A stretch of 64,000 bases of DNA from a virus (lineage: Duplodnaviria; Heunggongvirae; Uroviricota; Caudoviricetes), in the IMG/VR virus record IMGVR_UViG_3300042923_000186, positions 1 to 64,000 of that record; one strand, given 5' to 3'. How positions within the stretch are numbered: position 1 is the stretch's first letter; each line of letters starts with the position of its first letter. The position numbers were made by a program, and so were the translations under genes. Shown piece after piece: positions 36,725 to 44,905 of this stretch. The notes under the pieces are model-generated. The model was given only the letters and a program-made list of their open reading frames with translations, did no database searches and had not been told where the DNA came from.

Positions 36725-37255
36725 ATGCTCTCTGACTACCTCACGTATGACGAGACTAGCCCTACTTGTCTACGTTGGAAGGTAGCTAGGAAGGGCGGTG
36801 GTAAAGGTAGCTCCAAGAAACCCGGGGATGTTGCGGGAGTGTTTTCTGGAAGGTATGCGCAGTTCTGGCTAGACGGAGTTAAGTGGTATGTCCACCGGGC
36901 CGTCTGGGAGCTTCACAACGGTGATGCCGGAGAGGACGATGTTGATCACAAGGATACCGATCCAACTAATAACAAGATCGGGAATTTGCGACTCGTACCT
37001 CACGCTATTAATCAGCGTAACTGCAAGAGAGGCAAGAACAACACATCGGGCATAAACGGAGTAAGCTACGATAAATCTAAGGATCGATGGGTAGCCAAAT
37101 GGAGGGACTTAGCAGGGGCCGATAAGAGTAAGAGCTACACAGTCCGTAAGTACGGCGAAGCTGCAAAAGGTATGGCTATACAGGCCAGACAAGCTGCGAT
37201 AGACGAATTAAACAGGTCCGGGGCTGGGTACACAGATAGTCACGGAAAACACTAA
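36725..37255 (+). CDS. HNH homing endonuclease with C-terminal AP2 domain (paralog of 23760)
   Basis: VDHKDTDPTNN HNH core. AP2-like SGINGVS...WVAKWRD. Confidence 0.65.
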   Translation: MLSDYLTYDETSPTCLRWKVARKGGGKGSSKKPGDVAGVFSGRYAQFWLDGVKWYVHRAVWELHNGDAGEDDVDHKDTDPTNNKIGNLRLVPHAINQRNCKRGKNNTSGINGVSYDKSKDRWVAKWRDLAGADKSKSYTVRKYGEAAKGMAIQARQAAIDELNRSGAGYTDSHGKH

Positions 37256-37267
37256 GGAGAAAATTAA

Positions 37268-38902
37268 ATGCAAAACAAACCTCACTTAGCTTTAGATGGT
37301 TATAAAGCTAGTCATAAATTCCAGTACCCGGAAGGTACGCAGTACGTCTACTCGAACCTGACGGCCCGCTCCGCTGGTCACGCCAAAGTGTCCCGCTTCT
37401 TCGACAACAAGGCTGTCTTCGTGGGCCTGCAAGGCTTCATTCAGGAATTCCTGATCGAAGACTGGAACGCTGGCTTCTTCAAACGTCCGAAGGATGAAGT
37501 GGTGGCCGAATACAAACGCCGCATGGACACGTACCTCGGCCCTGACAGCGTGCCTGTAGATCACATCGCTGACCTGCATGACCTCGGCTACCTGCCGCTG
37601 GAAATCAAGGCGCTGCCTGAAGGCTCCCGCGTGGACATCCGTGTACCGTTCCTGACGATCATCAACACTGATCCTCGGTTCTTCTGGCTGACCAACTACA
37701 TCGAGACGATTCTGTCGGCAGAACTGTGGCAGCCAATCACGAACGCCACGGTAGCCTACGAGTTCCGCCGCCTGCTGAACCACTACGTGGAACTGACTGG
37801 CTCGGACAAGGACTTCGCTGACTGGCAACTGCACGACTTCTCCATGCGTGGCATGCCCGGCCTGCACGCTGCCGCTCGCTCCGGTATGGCTCACTTGATG
37901 GTGGCCGGTCACGGCACGGACACGTTGCCTGCAATCGACTACATCGAAGAGTACTACTTCGCTGATGCGACGAAGGAACTGATCGGCGGCAGCGTCCCTG
38001 CGACGGAACACAGCGTCATGTGCATGGGCGGTAAAGATGATGGCGAACTGGCTACGTTCAAGCGTCTGATCACGGAAACCTACCCCTCCGGTATCGTGTC
38101 CATCGTATCGGATACGTGGGACTTCTGGAACGTCATCACGAACACTGCCCTGCTGCTGAAGGATGACATTCTGGCTCGCAAAGAGAACGCACTGGGCCAA
38201 GCCAAAGTGGTGTTCCGTCCTGACTCGGGCGATCCTGTGAAGATCGTTGCTGGCCTTCGTGTTCTGGAAGTAGGCCCGCGACTTCCTGACGGAATGTCTG
38301 GTTACGATGCTGAAGATAAGTATGACGTTGTTAATTACGAAGGTAGGTACTATGAATTCAAAGGTGACAATACGGATGTCTTGACGCTCACACGAGAAGT
38401 TCCCGCACACGTCGTAGCCGGTGCTGTCGAATGCCTGTGGAACATCTTCGGTGGCACGATCACCGGAGCGCCATCTGGCAAGGGCTACAAGACCCTGAAC
38501 CAACGTGTCGGCCTGATCTACGGCGACAGCATTACGCTGGAACGCATGGAAGAAATCCTGAAGCGGCTTGCTGCTAAAGGCTTCAGTGCTGGCAACGTGG
38601 TGTTCGGTATCGGTTCGTACGCTTACCAGTACAACACCCGCGATACGCTGGGTATGGCTGTCAAGGCAACCTACGGCGTCGTCAACGGTGAAGGCCGGGA
38701 ACTGTTCAAAGACCCAGTGACGGACAGCGGCACTAAGAAGTCTGCTAAAGGCTTGCTGCGTGTGGAACAGATGGGCGACCGCTTTGCCCTGTACGACGGT
38801 GTTAACTGGTATCTGGAAGGCGGAGAACTGTGTCGCGTGTTCCGTAACGGCTTAGCTTTCAACCTGCAATCCTACGCTGAAATCGTGGCGAGGCTGAAGT
38901 GA
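37268..38902 (+). CDS. nicotinamide phosphoribosyltransferase (NAMPT/NadV)-like enzyme
   Basis: N-terminus LALDGYKASHKFQYPEGTQYVYSNLTARS resembles the NAMPT hallmark. Length 544 aa. RBS aaggagaaaattaa. Confidence 0.75.
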   Translation: MQNKPHLALDGYKASHKFQYPEGTQYVYSNLTARSAGHAKVSRFFDNKAVFVGLQGFIQEFLIEDWNAGFFKRPKDEVVAEYKRRMDTYLGPDSVPVDHIADLHDLGYLPLEIKALPEGSRVDIRVPFLTIINTDPRFFWLTNYIETILSAELWQPITNATVAYEFRRLLNHYVELTGSDKDFADWQLHDFSMRGMPGLHAAARSGMAHLMVAGHGTDTLPAIDYIEEYYFADATKELIGGSVPATEHSVMCMGGKDDGELATFKRLITETYPSGIVSIVSDTWDFWNVITNTALLLKDDILARKENALGQAKVVFRPDSGDPVKIVAGLRVLEVGPRLPDGMSGYDAEDKYDVVNYEGRYYEFKGDNTDVLTLTREVPAHVVAGAVECLWNIFGGTITGAPSGKGYKTLNQRVGLIYGDSITLERMEEILKRLAAKGFSAGNVVFGIGSYAYQYNTRDTLGMAVKATYGVVNGEGRELFKDPVTDSGTKKSAKGLLRVEQMGDRFALYDGVNWYLEGGELCRVFRNGLAFNLQSYAEIVARLK

Positions 38903-39108
38903 AGCTGTGCACAGACTGTAAGCACTTCCGTAACAGCATTGCTGGTGCAGAGTTTGGGAAGTGTGCAGCCTTCCGCTCTAACGTAGATGGAACTCCGGCG
39001 TACTATTGCTACGAGGCACGTTCGAGTAGGTGTGGAGATAGTGCTGTAAGGTTCGAGCCTAAGCCGCCGTCACTGCTTGCTAGGCTGGTAGATAAAATCT
39101 GTAAATAA
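38899..39108 (+). CDS. small Cys-rich hypothetical protein (zinc-ribbon-like CTDC...CYE...C)
   Basis: Overlaps the upstream stop. Confidence 0.45.
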   Translation: MKLCTDCKHFRNSIAGAEFGKCAAFRSNVDGTPAYYCYEARSSRCGDSAVRFEPKPPSLLARLVDKICK

Positions 39109-39112
39109 ACGC

Positions 39113-39141
39113 TTGACCCCGCTAGGTAGTTATGTAATAAT
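39113..39141 (+). promoter_or_regulatory. sigma70-like promoter P12 (TTGACC-17-AATAAT)
   Basis: Spacer ccgctaggtagttatgt. Confidence 0.4.
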
Positions 39142-39173
39142 AGCTACCTTACTAACTAAAGGAGAAATAAAAT

Positions 39174-40517
39174 ATGAAGAACTATATCGGCTTTGCTAAC
39201 GATCACTCGTCCTCGATGTCCGGCCTTCGCACTACGGCTATTGAGGACTACAACACTAACGTTAAAGCCGTAACCGGCGCTGCATCGGCTAATATGCTGG
39301 ATACCATTGTATCCATGACACGGTTTGCCACGTCTGTCGAGCGTGTCATTGTCAACTCCAATCCTCACGTACTGAAGCCGTTAGCTCAGTGGCCTGCCTC
39401 TGGCATGACCTCACTTTATGACGGGATTGGTGATCTGATCGAACAATTTGAAAACGTACCTGACGCAGCGAATACAAACGTGTCATTCCTAATTATGGCG
39501 ACTACGGACGGTGGTGAAAATTGCTCTGTCCGCTACTCGGCTAGCACGCTTGCTGCGAAAATTCGTAAGCTGCAACAGACTGACCGTTGGACGTTTGTTC
39601 TGCGAGTACCGAAAGGCCACAAAGATTCCTCCGCTATCGGTAACTTGGGAATCCCTCCCGGTAATATCATCGAATGGGAAACGTCTTCTTCCGGCATGGA
39701 AAAGGCCACCGCTGCAACCACCGCTGCCGTGAACCAGTTCTACGCTTCTCGTGCATCCGGTCAGAAGTCATCCACCGTGTTCTACGCTCAAGCTACGGCT
39801 GTCGATACTTCGGCTCTGGTGGACATCACCAAGGACGTTTCGCTGTACGTCGTTCCGGCAGAAGATAGCGGCATCGAAATCCGCGACTTCATCCTGCGTC
39901 ACCGCATGGAATACCTGAAAGGTTCGGCGTTCTACCAACTGACGAAGACGGAAGCCCGAGTGCAGCCTGAGAAGATCATCGCTGTCCGTGACCGTACGAC
40001 TGGCAAGATTTACGCTGGCAAGGAAGCTCGCCAAATGCTGGGCCTGCCAACTGACAAGAACGTGCGTCTGCACCCCGGCGACCACGGCAACTTCGACCTG
40101 TTCATTCAGTCGTCGTCCGTGAATCGTAAGCTGGTGGGCGGTACTGGTGTCGTCTACTGGAAGGCAATCGGCAAGCCGTTCACTGAAGCTGATCTGGCAT
40201 ACCTGCAACCTAAGCCAGTAGCTCCGGCTGTCGTGCAACTGCCTGCTGTGACGCCAACTAGCAAGCCTACGCCTAGCCCGCTGAAGCCTACGCCGAAGAC
40301 GCCTGCCGGTACGTTCACTATGTCCGCTACGGCTCCTGCTGCTCCGGTAGCAATCGTTCCTAACGATGGTGGCCGTGTACGTTACCACATGCCGACTGCG
40401 AAGGCTCGATTCTTTGCTACCCGTGACGGTGCTCGTGCTCTCGCTGCCCTGTCCGGTGGCAAGCAATACGACGCTGGCCCAACGGCAGCTAAAGGTAAGC
40501 GCTTCTTCGTAGAATAA
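39174..40517 (+). CDS. von Willebrand factor A (vWA) domain protein
   Basis: MIDAS-like NDHSSSM (DxSxS), T..YDG and ATTDGGEN. Pro/Thr-rich linker and C-terminal domain of unknown function. Confidence 0.5.
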   Translation: MKNYIGFANDHSSSMSGLRTTAIEDYNTNVKAVTGAASANMLDTIVSMTRFATSVERVIVNSNPHVLKPLAQWPASGMTSLYDGIGDLIEQFENVPDAANTNVSFLIMATTDGGENCSVRYSASTLAAKIRKLQQTDRWTFVLRVPKGHKDSSAIGNLGIPPGNIIEWETSSSGMEKATAATTAAVNQFYASRASGQKSSTVFYAQATAVDTSALVDITKDVSLYVVPAEDSGIEIRDFILRHRMEYLKGSAFYQLTKTEARVQPEKIIAVRDRTTGKIYAGKEARQMLGLPTDKNVRLHPGDHGNFDLFIQSSSVNRKLVGGTGVVYWKAIGKPFTEADLAYLQPKPVAPAVVQLPAVTPTSKPTPSPLKPTPKTPAGTFTMSATAPAAPVAIVPNDGGRVRYHMPTAKARFFATRDGARALAALSGGKQYDAGPTAAKGKRFFVE

Positions 40518-40521
40518 CAGC

Positions 40522-40550
40522 TTGACGGATGGGTAGGTAGCTAGTAAGAT
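40522..40550 (+). promoter_or_regulatory. sigma70-like promoter P13 (TTGACG-17-TAAGAT)
   Basis: Spacer gatgggtaggtagctag. Confidence 0.45.
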
Positions 40551-40576
40551 GGCTACTTACCTAACAAGGAGGATAC

Positions 40577-40696
40577 ATGGCTAAGAAATGTACATGCAAA
40601 TGCAGCCACTGCGTAGCGATGGGTAACATTAAACGAAGCGTAGCGAACACACCAAAGAAACAAGTTAAGGAGAAGACTAATGGCACTGGCAACTGA
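40577..40696 (+). CDS. small Cys-rich protein (39 aa, CTCKCSHC)
   Basis: Not in the ORF track; strong RBS acaaggaggatac; overlaps the next gene by 17 nt. Confidence 0.3.
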   Translation: MAKKCTCKCSHCVAMGNIKRSVANTPKKQVKEKTNGTGN

Positions 40697-41150
40697 AGTA
40701 GGCGACGTATTTAACGCACTAGTAGCAAGCAAGCAACGTCCGATGTTCGTACATGGCTGCAATGCTTCCGGTGGCTTTGGTAGCGGCGTAGCTGGCATCG
40801 TAAAGAAGCTCTACCCTCTGGCTGAGCTAGCTTACAAGCAAGCCTACCGTCGTGGTGGCCTGAAGCTCGGAGATGTCATCGTGTATGACGACATTCTCGG
40901 TAAGGAGCCTATCATCTGCAACGCGATCACTCAGCAATACTACGGACGTGATGGCAAGCTCTACGTAGACTACGATGCGGTTGTCGTAGCGATGCAGGCG
41001 GTAGCTACGCTAGCTAAAAAGAAGGGCATGCATGTGCATCTGCCGATGATCGGCGGTGGCCTTGGTGGTGGCGACATCAAACGACTGACGGCCATTTTCG
41101 AAGCGTGTTTCTGGGACGTAGAGGCCACGCTGTGGTTGAAGGAGGATTGA
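40680..41150 (+). CDS. macro domain protein (ADP-ribose binding/processing)
   Basis: HGCNASGGFGSGVAGIV and LPMIGGGLGGGD resemble the macro-domain glycine-rich phosphate-binding loops. Confidence 0.45.
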   Translation: MALATEVGDVFNALVASKQRPMFVHGCNASGGFGSGVAGIVKKLYPLAELAYKQAYRRGGLKLGDVIVYDDILGKEPIICNAITQQYYGRDGKLYVDYDAVVVAMQAVATLAKKKGMHVHLPMIGGGLGGGDIKRLTAIFEACFWDVEATLWLKED

Positions 41151-41151
41151 T

Positions 41152-41610
41152 ATGGGCTGGTTCACCAAGCTACGTTTGAAATGTTCGAACTGTGGTAGCC
41201 GCTTCTTCTTCGACGGGTGGTGCGAAGAGTGCGGAAAGCCGGAGAAAACTTCCTGTCACTTAAAGGACGCAGCAGATACCGTTATTAGCATCAAATTCGA
41301 GCCAGAGCCGGAAATATCCGAGCCCGTAATCAGCTTAGGCAAGTCGTTGCTGGTTCTCGAAGACTGGGAAATGCACTCCGACCACAACGCCCTTGGAGTC
41401 ACCATATGGACACTTGAACATGTAAAGAAAGACCTTACGTTGACTTTCCATGACTACCGCTCTATTACCTGCTATTCAAATTGGATGACTAAAGACGAGC
41501 GGGCGTACATCGGAGAGAAGATGAGAGAACGGCTGGCTCTCAAGGCACAAGTAGAGAATGCTATTGAGCGTCAAAAATTTATGGTGCTAGTCACCTCAAC
41601 GGAAGCGTAA
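41152..41610 (+). CDS. hypothetical protein with N-terminal zinc ribbon (CSNC...CEEC)
   Basis: ATGA stop/start overlap with upstream gene. Confidence 0.45.
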   Translation: MGWFTKLRLKCSNCGSRFFFDGWCEECGKPEKTSCHLKDAADTVISIKFEPEPEISEPVISLGKSLLVLEDWEMHSDHNALGVTIWTLEHVKKDLTLTFHDYRSITCYSNWMTKDERAYIGEKMRERLALKAQVENAIERQKFMVLVTSTEA

Positions 41611-41635
41611 GCTTCTATTAACTGAAGGAGAAATA

Positions 41636-41809
41636 ATGAACTTTGCAATTCTGCTTATCTATCTGGGTATCCTCGCGGCTACCGTGTACGGCTGGATTCA
41701 CAACATCTACCTGCTGGCTATCTCTGCCAGCTTCGGTGTTCTGGAACTGATTCGCGCCCTTGGCGTGATCGCATTCCCTCTCGGCGCTGTTATGGGCTAC
41801 GTAGGCTAA
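41636..41809 (+). CDS. small membrane protein (57 aa)
   Basis: Not in the ORF track; RBS ctgaaggagaaata; two hydrophobic helices. Confidence 0.4.
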   Translation: MNFAILLIYLGILAATVYGWIHNIYLLAISASFGVLELIRALGVIAFPLGAVMGYVG

Positions 41810-41824
41810 CTAGAAAGGAAATAA

Positions 41825-42157
41825 ATGACTGAAGATACCACCAACGTAGTAGTGTTCGGTAACGCTACGATCAACGCCGATCTGTTCAAGGAGTATTCCA
41901 AGAAGGCTATGGAAGAACTGACCGAACAGGCGGAACACGCCAAGAAGGCTAAGAGTTCCGGCATCGACTTCAAGGAAACCGTGGAAGCCCTGCACACCAC
42001 TACGAAGGTTCCGAAGAAGGAACTGACAGCGTTCTTCAAGGCTCGCTTTGCTGAGAAGCAGGCGGCTGACGAGAAGGAAGCTCAAGCTAAGGGAACGGGG
42101 GCCACAATCGAACGCGGCCATCTGTTCGAAGTACTTAAATCTACTCTGGATGATTAA
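41825..42157 (+). CDS. hypothetical protein
   Basis: RBS gaaaggaaataa before the ATG. Confidence 0.45.
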   Translation: MTEDTTNVVVFGNATINADLFKEYSKKAMEELTEQAEHAKKAKSSGIDFKETVEALHTTTKVPKKELTAFFKARFAEKQAADEKEAQAKGTGATIERGHLFEVLKSTLDD

Positions 42158-42160
42158 AAC

Positions 42161-42373
42161 ATGAAGAAAGACTATATCAAGCAAATGCAGGCACATCTGA
42201 ATGCCTTCGGTGACATCTCGGCCTTCCCTCCTGAACAGGTTGGCAAGGTTCTCGATCTGGCCCTGAAATCGGCTGAAGATGATGAGCCTCTTAAGGTTGC
42301 CGAGGTAGAGAGCGTTCCTACGCCAGCCCCGGCTAAGAAGGCTACCAAGGCCAAAGCTGCTTCGGCAGACTAA
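42161..42373 (+). CDS. hypothetical protein
   Basis: Last gene of the plus-strand arm. Confidence 0.45.
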   Translation: MKKDYIKQMQAHLNAFGDISAFPPEQVGKVLDLALKSAEDDEPLKVAEVESVPTPAPAKKATKAKAASAD

Positions 42374-42375
42374 AT

Positions 42376-42412
42376 GAAAAAGCCCCGACAACCTTTCGGC
42401 TGTCGGGGCAAA
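42376..42412. terminator. bidirectional rho-independent terminator between convergent arms
   Basis: A-run, 9-bp stem gccccgaca/tgtcggggc, then aaa. Gives a hairpin plus U-run on either strand. Confidence 0.7.
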
Positions 42413-42430
42413 CGCTCTACCAAAGCGACG

Positions 42431-42958
42431 TTAATCTTTAACCGGTTGGGCTCGTGCCAGCAACTCGGATTTGGCCTTGCTTCCATTCGTGCTACCGAAG
42501 TAGTATGAAATGCAAGCTGTCCAGCTAGTACCTAGCGTACCTAGCATAATATACAAAACATCCTTGCTCTTATCTGGCAAGTCTGCAAACATGAGGAACA
42601 TCAGCACACTGAAGAACCCAACCGTGATAGCGTATGCTAGGTTGCGGGGTGTGTGATCCTTAACTTCCATCTCTCGCTTACGAGCGCTGTCCCTGTCCCC
42701 TGCGGCAATACTCTCCAAGTCCTTCACCTGTGCAAAGCCTAGCTCTTGCATCTTGACGGCGAAGTCCTGATCTGCCTTCTTCAAAGCTAGCATGTGTTCG
42801 GGTGTTGCTCCGGCAAGCGCCTGCTTAATTGCGCCCTCCGTCTTTTCGGAAAGGCCCAGTGCGTCAGCTACGACGCCTACAGCGGCGCTCCCCATCGGTC
42901 CACCTAATGCGGCTCCAACCCAAGGAGCTACCGTCCCTACCAAGCCTTTCCAGTCCAT
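42431..42958 (-). CDS. lysis-associated membrane protein (two C-terminal TM helices; holin candidate)
   Basis: Gly-zipper N-terminus, charged middle, two TM segments near the C-terminus. Adjacent to the endolysin. Confidence 0.35.
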   Translation of the reverse strand: MDWKGLVGTVAPWVGAALGGPMGSAAVGVVADALGLSEKTEGAIKQALAGATPEHMLALKKADQDFAVKMQELGFAQVKDLESIAAGDRDSARKREMEVKDHTPRNLAYAITVGFFSVLMFLMFADLPDKSKDVLYIMLGTLGTSWTACISYYFGSTNGSKAKSELLARAQPVKD

Positions 42959-42959
42959 A

Positions 42960-43514
42960 TTATCCTCTTACTGATTTGTAAAGGTCGCTCTCGACCTGTC
43001 TACGTTTAACGAGCCCCGGCATAACAGCCAGTGGCTTCCCTGCTTTGTTCCACAGAAGGAAGGCTGCTGCCGCTCCTGCGTGATCTCCTGCGGCGATGCA
43101 TCGTGCCACTGTCGAAGAAGCGTAGTTAGCTGTCCCGATGTTGTAGACCAAGCTAACCACCGCAGCAATGCGCTCAGGAGCCGCTGTAGCGAGTTTTGGG
43201 CTCGTTTTCAGCACTTCCTGTAGGAATCCCTCAACGCGCTTCTGAAGGGCGCTGTCGGCCTCCTGCTGCGTCCAGATCATCCCCTGCTTAACTCCCTTCG
43301 TTTCTCCGTATCCGATTGTCCACGGAGCCCCTGACAGCTTCTCCAGATCGTCAGGGATTTCAATCTGTCCCGCCATGAACTGAGCTAGCAAGTGACGCTT
43401 AGATAGCGCTTTGTATAGCTCGCTAGCTGGGTCCGGGTAAGCCCGTAGATGGCAACCTTCAGCCGGTTTAATTACCTTCGTGGCAATCCGTACCACTGCG
43501 TCCTTGTCTAGCAT
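42960..43514 (-). CDS. endolysin, GH24 lysozyme
   Basis: EGCHLRAYPDP and WTIGYGET catalytic E/D/T signature of T4/lambda-type lysozymes. Confidence 0.8.
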   Translation of the reverse strand: MLDKDAVVRIATKVIKPAEGCHLRAYPDPASELYKALSKRHLLAQFMAGQIEIPDDLEKLSGAPWTIGYGETKGVKQGMIWTQQEADSALQKRVEGFLQEVLKTSPKLATAAPERIAAVVSLVYNIGTANYASSTVARCIAAGDHAGAAAAFLLWNKAGKPLAVMPGLVKRRQVESDLYKSVRG

Positions 43515-43515
43515 A

Positions 43516-43869
43516 TTAGTCCTTTCGTTTATTCTCGATTACATCCAGCGTCAGGCGAAGCTGCGACAAGATGTTAATTTCCATGTTGCGCATCTGATCC
43601 GTGATTCGGTTGTATAGCTGCTCCAGATCGCGCTCGTGTCGTGCTTCCAGTTTAGCTACCAGCTTTTCGCTGCCGTCTCGTACAGAATGCAGTTCGGATT
43701 GCCAGCGGGATTCCAGACGAAGCAAGTCTCCCTCACTAGCTTTATCCTTAATCTGCTCCGCGTGGTTAGATGCTTCTGCTCGCAACATCGTGTAGAGTGC
43801 TCCGCCCAGTGTACTAATCAGGGCCATAGCCCCTCCCAAAATCCAAACGAGTGTATCTACGCCGGGCAT
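43516..43869 (-). CDS. holin or i-spanin-like protein (N-terminal TM plus charged coiled coil)
   Basis: Single N-terminal TM LVWILGGAMALISTLGGALYTML; highly charged helical remainder; just upstream of the endolysin. Confidence 0.4.
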   Translation of the reverse strand: MPGVDTLVWILGGAMALISTLGGALYTMLRAEASNHAEQIKDKASEGDLLRLESRWQSELHSVRDGSEKLVAKLEARHERDLEQLYNRITDQMRNMEINILSQLRLTLDVIENKRKD

Positions 43870-43884
43870 AGTTTATTTCCTTTA

Positions 43885-44337
43885 TCAAGGCTTAATAGCC
43901 AGTAGTTGATTTTCTGAGATGTGTCCGTAGTGCTTGAACACGTCTCGTCCAGCAGCTTTTAGTGTTGCGGCTGCCAGTTCGTAACAGAACCATGAATCCT
44001 GTTCTGTCCAGTCCCGGTCGGGTGATAGGGCCAGACCTACAGCCCCTTTGAAGTCATACGGAAGGCCGACTTGGGCTCTCGCCCACGCCAGCCCTGCTTC
44101 CGCGTCTGGAACTGAGTAGTGGACATCAGCCACCACCACAGCCCCTTTTAGTGCCTCCGCTTTCAGTACTCGGCGTGTACCGTGCAACATCGTAGCTTCG
44201 ATAACATAGTCACCGTCTACAATCATCGCGTGCGAAGACTGAGATGAATGGAAACGGCTACGAGGTAGACACCAGCGAATAATCCAAGATGTCGGGTTAA
44301 ACTTGCGTTTTGTGAATACGACGTTTACTGTTTCCAT
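43885..44337 (-). CDS. hypothetical protein, possible permuted papain-like peptidase (His then Cys order)
   Basis: Conserved-looking SHAMIV and WFCYELAA blocks. Assignment tentative. Confidence 0.3.
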   Translation of the reverse strand: METVNVVFTKRKFNPTSWIIRWCLPRSRFHSSQSSHAMIVDGDYVIEATMLHGTRRVLKAEALKGAVVVADVHYSVPDAEAGLAWARAQVGLPYDFKGAVGLALSPDRDWTEQDSWFCYELAAATLKAAGRDVFKHYGHISENQLLAIKP

Positions 44338-44341
44338 TTAA

Positions 44342-44905
44342 TCACCATTTAATAGTTTCGATATCTTCCAGAGTTTCAGCTTTTGCAAGCTCAGCTTTTA
44401 GCATTTGCGACTTATTGAAATTGGCTGTGCCTTGAGCAACCATCGACCTGTGCAGCGATTTGAACGCGTCTGCGTTAGGAATGGGGCAGATGGTATTGTC
44501 TACATACTTCCACCCGCCCGGAAAGCCTACTGGCAATTGCCCGGTCAGGCCGATGTGAGCCGCCACCGCGTCAATATCGGAACGGGACAAAACATCGCAC
44601 GCCACATCTTTACCTAGATGTTTGAATGTCGTGTAAGTGGCCCGCTCCCTTGCGGCGTTGATTTCCAAGTTCTTACTTAGCTTAGCCCGTACAAGAGCCT
44701 CCTTATCAACCGGCACTACAACAAGGTCAAAACTCTGGCCGTTCCATCTGTACGCTCCGGGGTCATTTCTAGGAGGAACCGCGTCCACTAGGAGGAAAGG
44801 CGGAAACTGGAAAAACACTCCAGCGACTACCAGTCCCCCACTTAGCGGAGTGGGCTCCCCTACAGCTACCACAGTGCCGTCCGGGGCAATTACGGTTTTA
44901 ATCAT
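44342..44905 (-). CDS. tail fiber assembly protein (chaperone)
   Basis: About 190 aa; immediately downstream of the tail fiber gene. Confidence 0.45.
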   Translation of the reverse strand: MIKTVIAPDGTVVAVGEPTPLSGGLVVAGVFFQFPPFLLVDAVPPRNDPGAYRWNGQSFDLVVVPVDKEALVRAKLSKNLEINAARERATYTTFKHLGKDVACDVLSRSDIDAVAAHIGLTGQLPVGFPGGWKYVDNTICPIPNADAFKSLHRSMVAQGTANFNKSQMLKAELAKAETLEDIETIKW

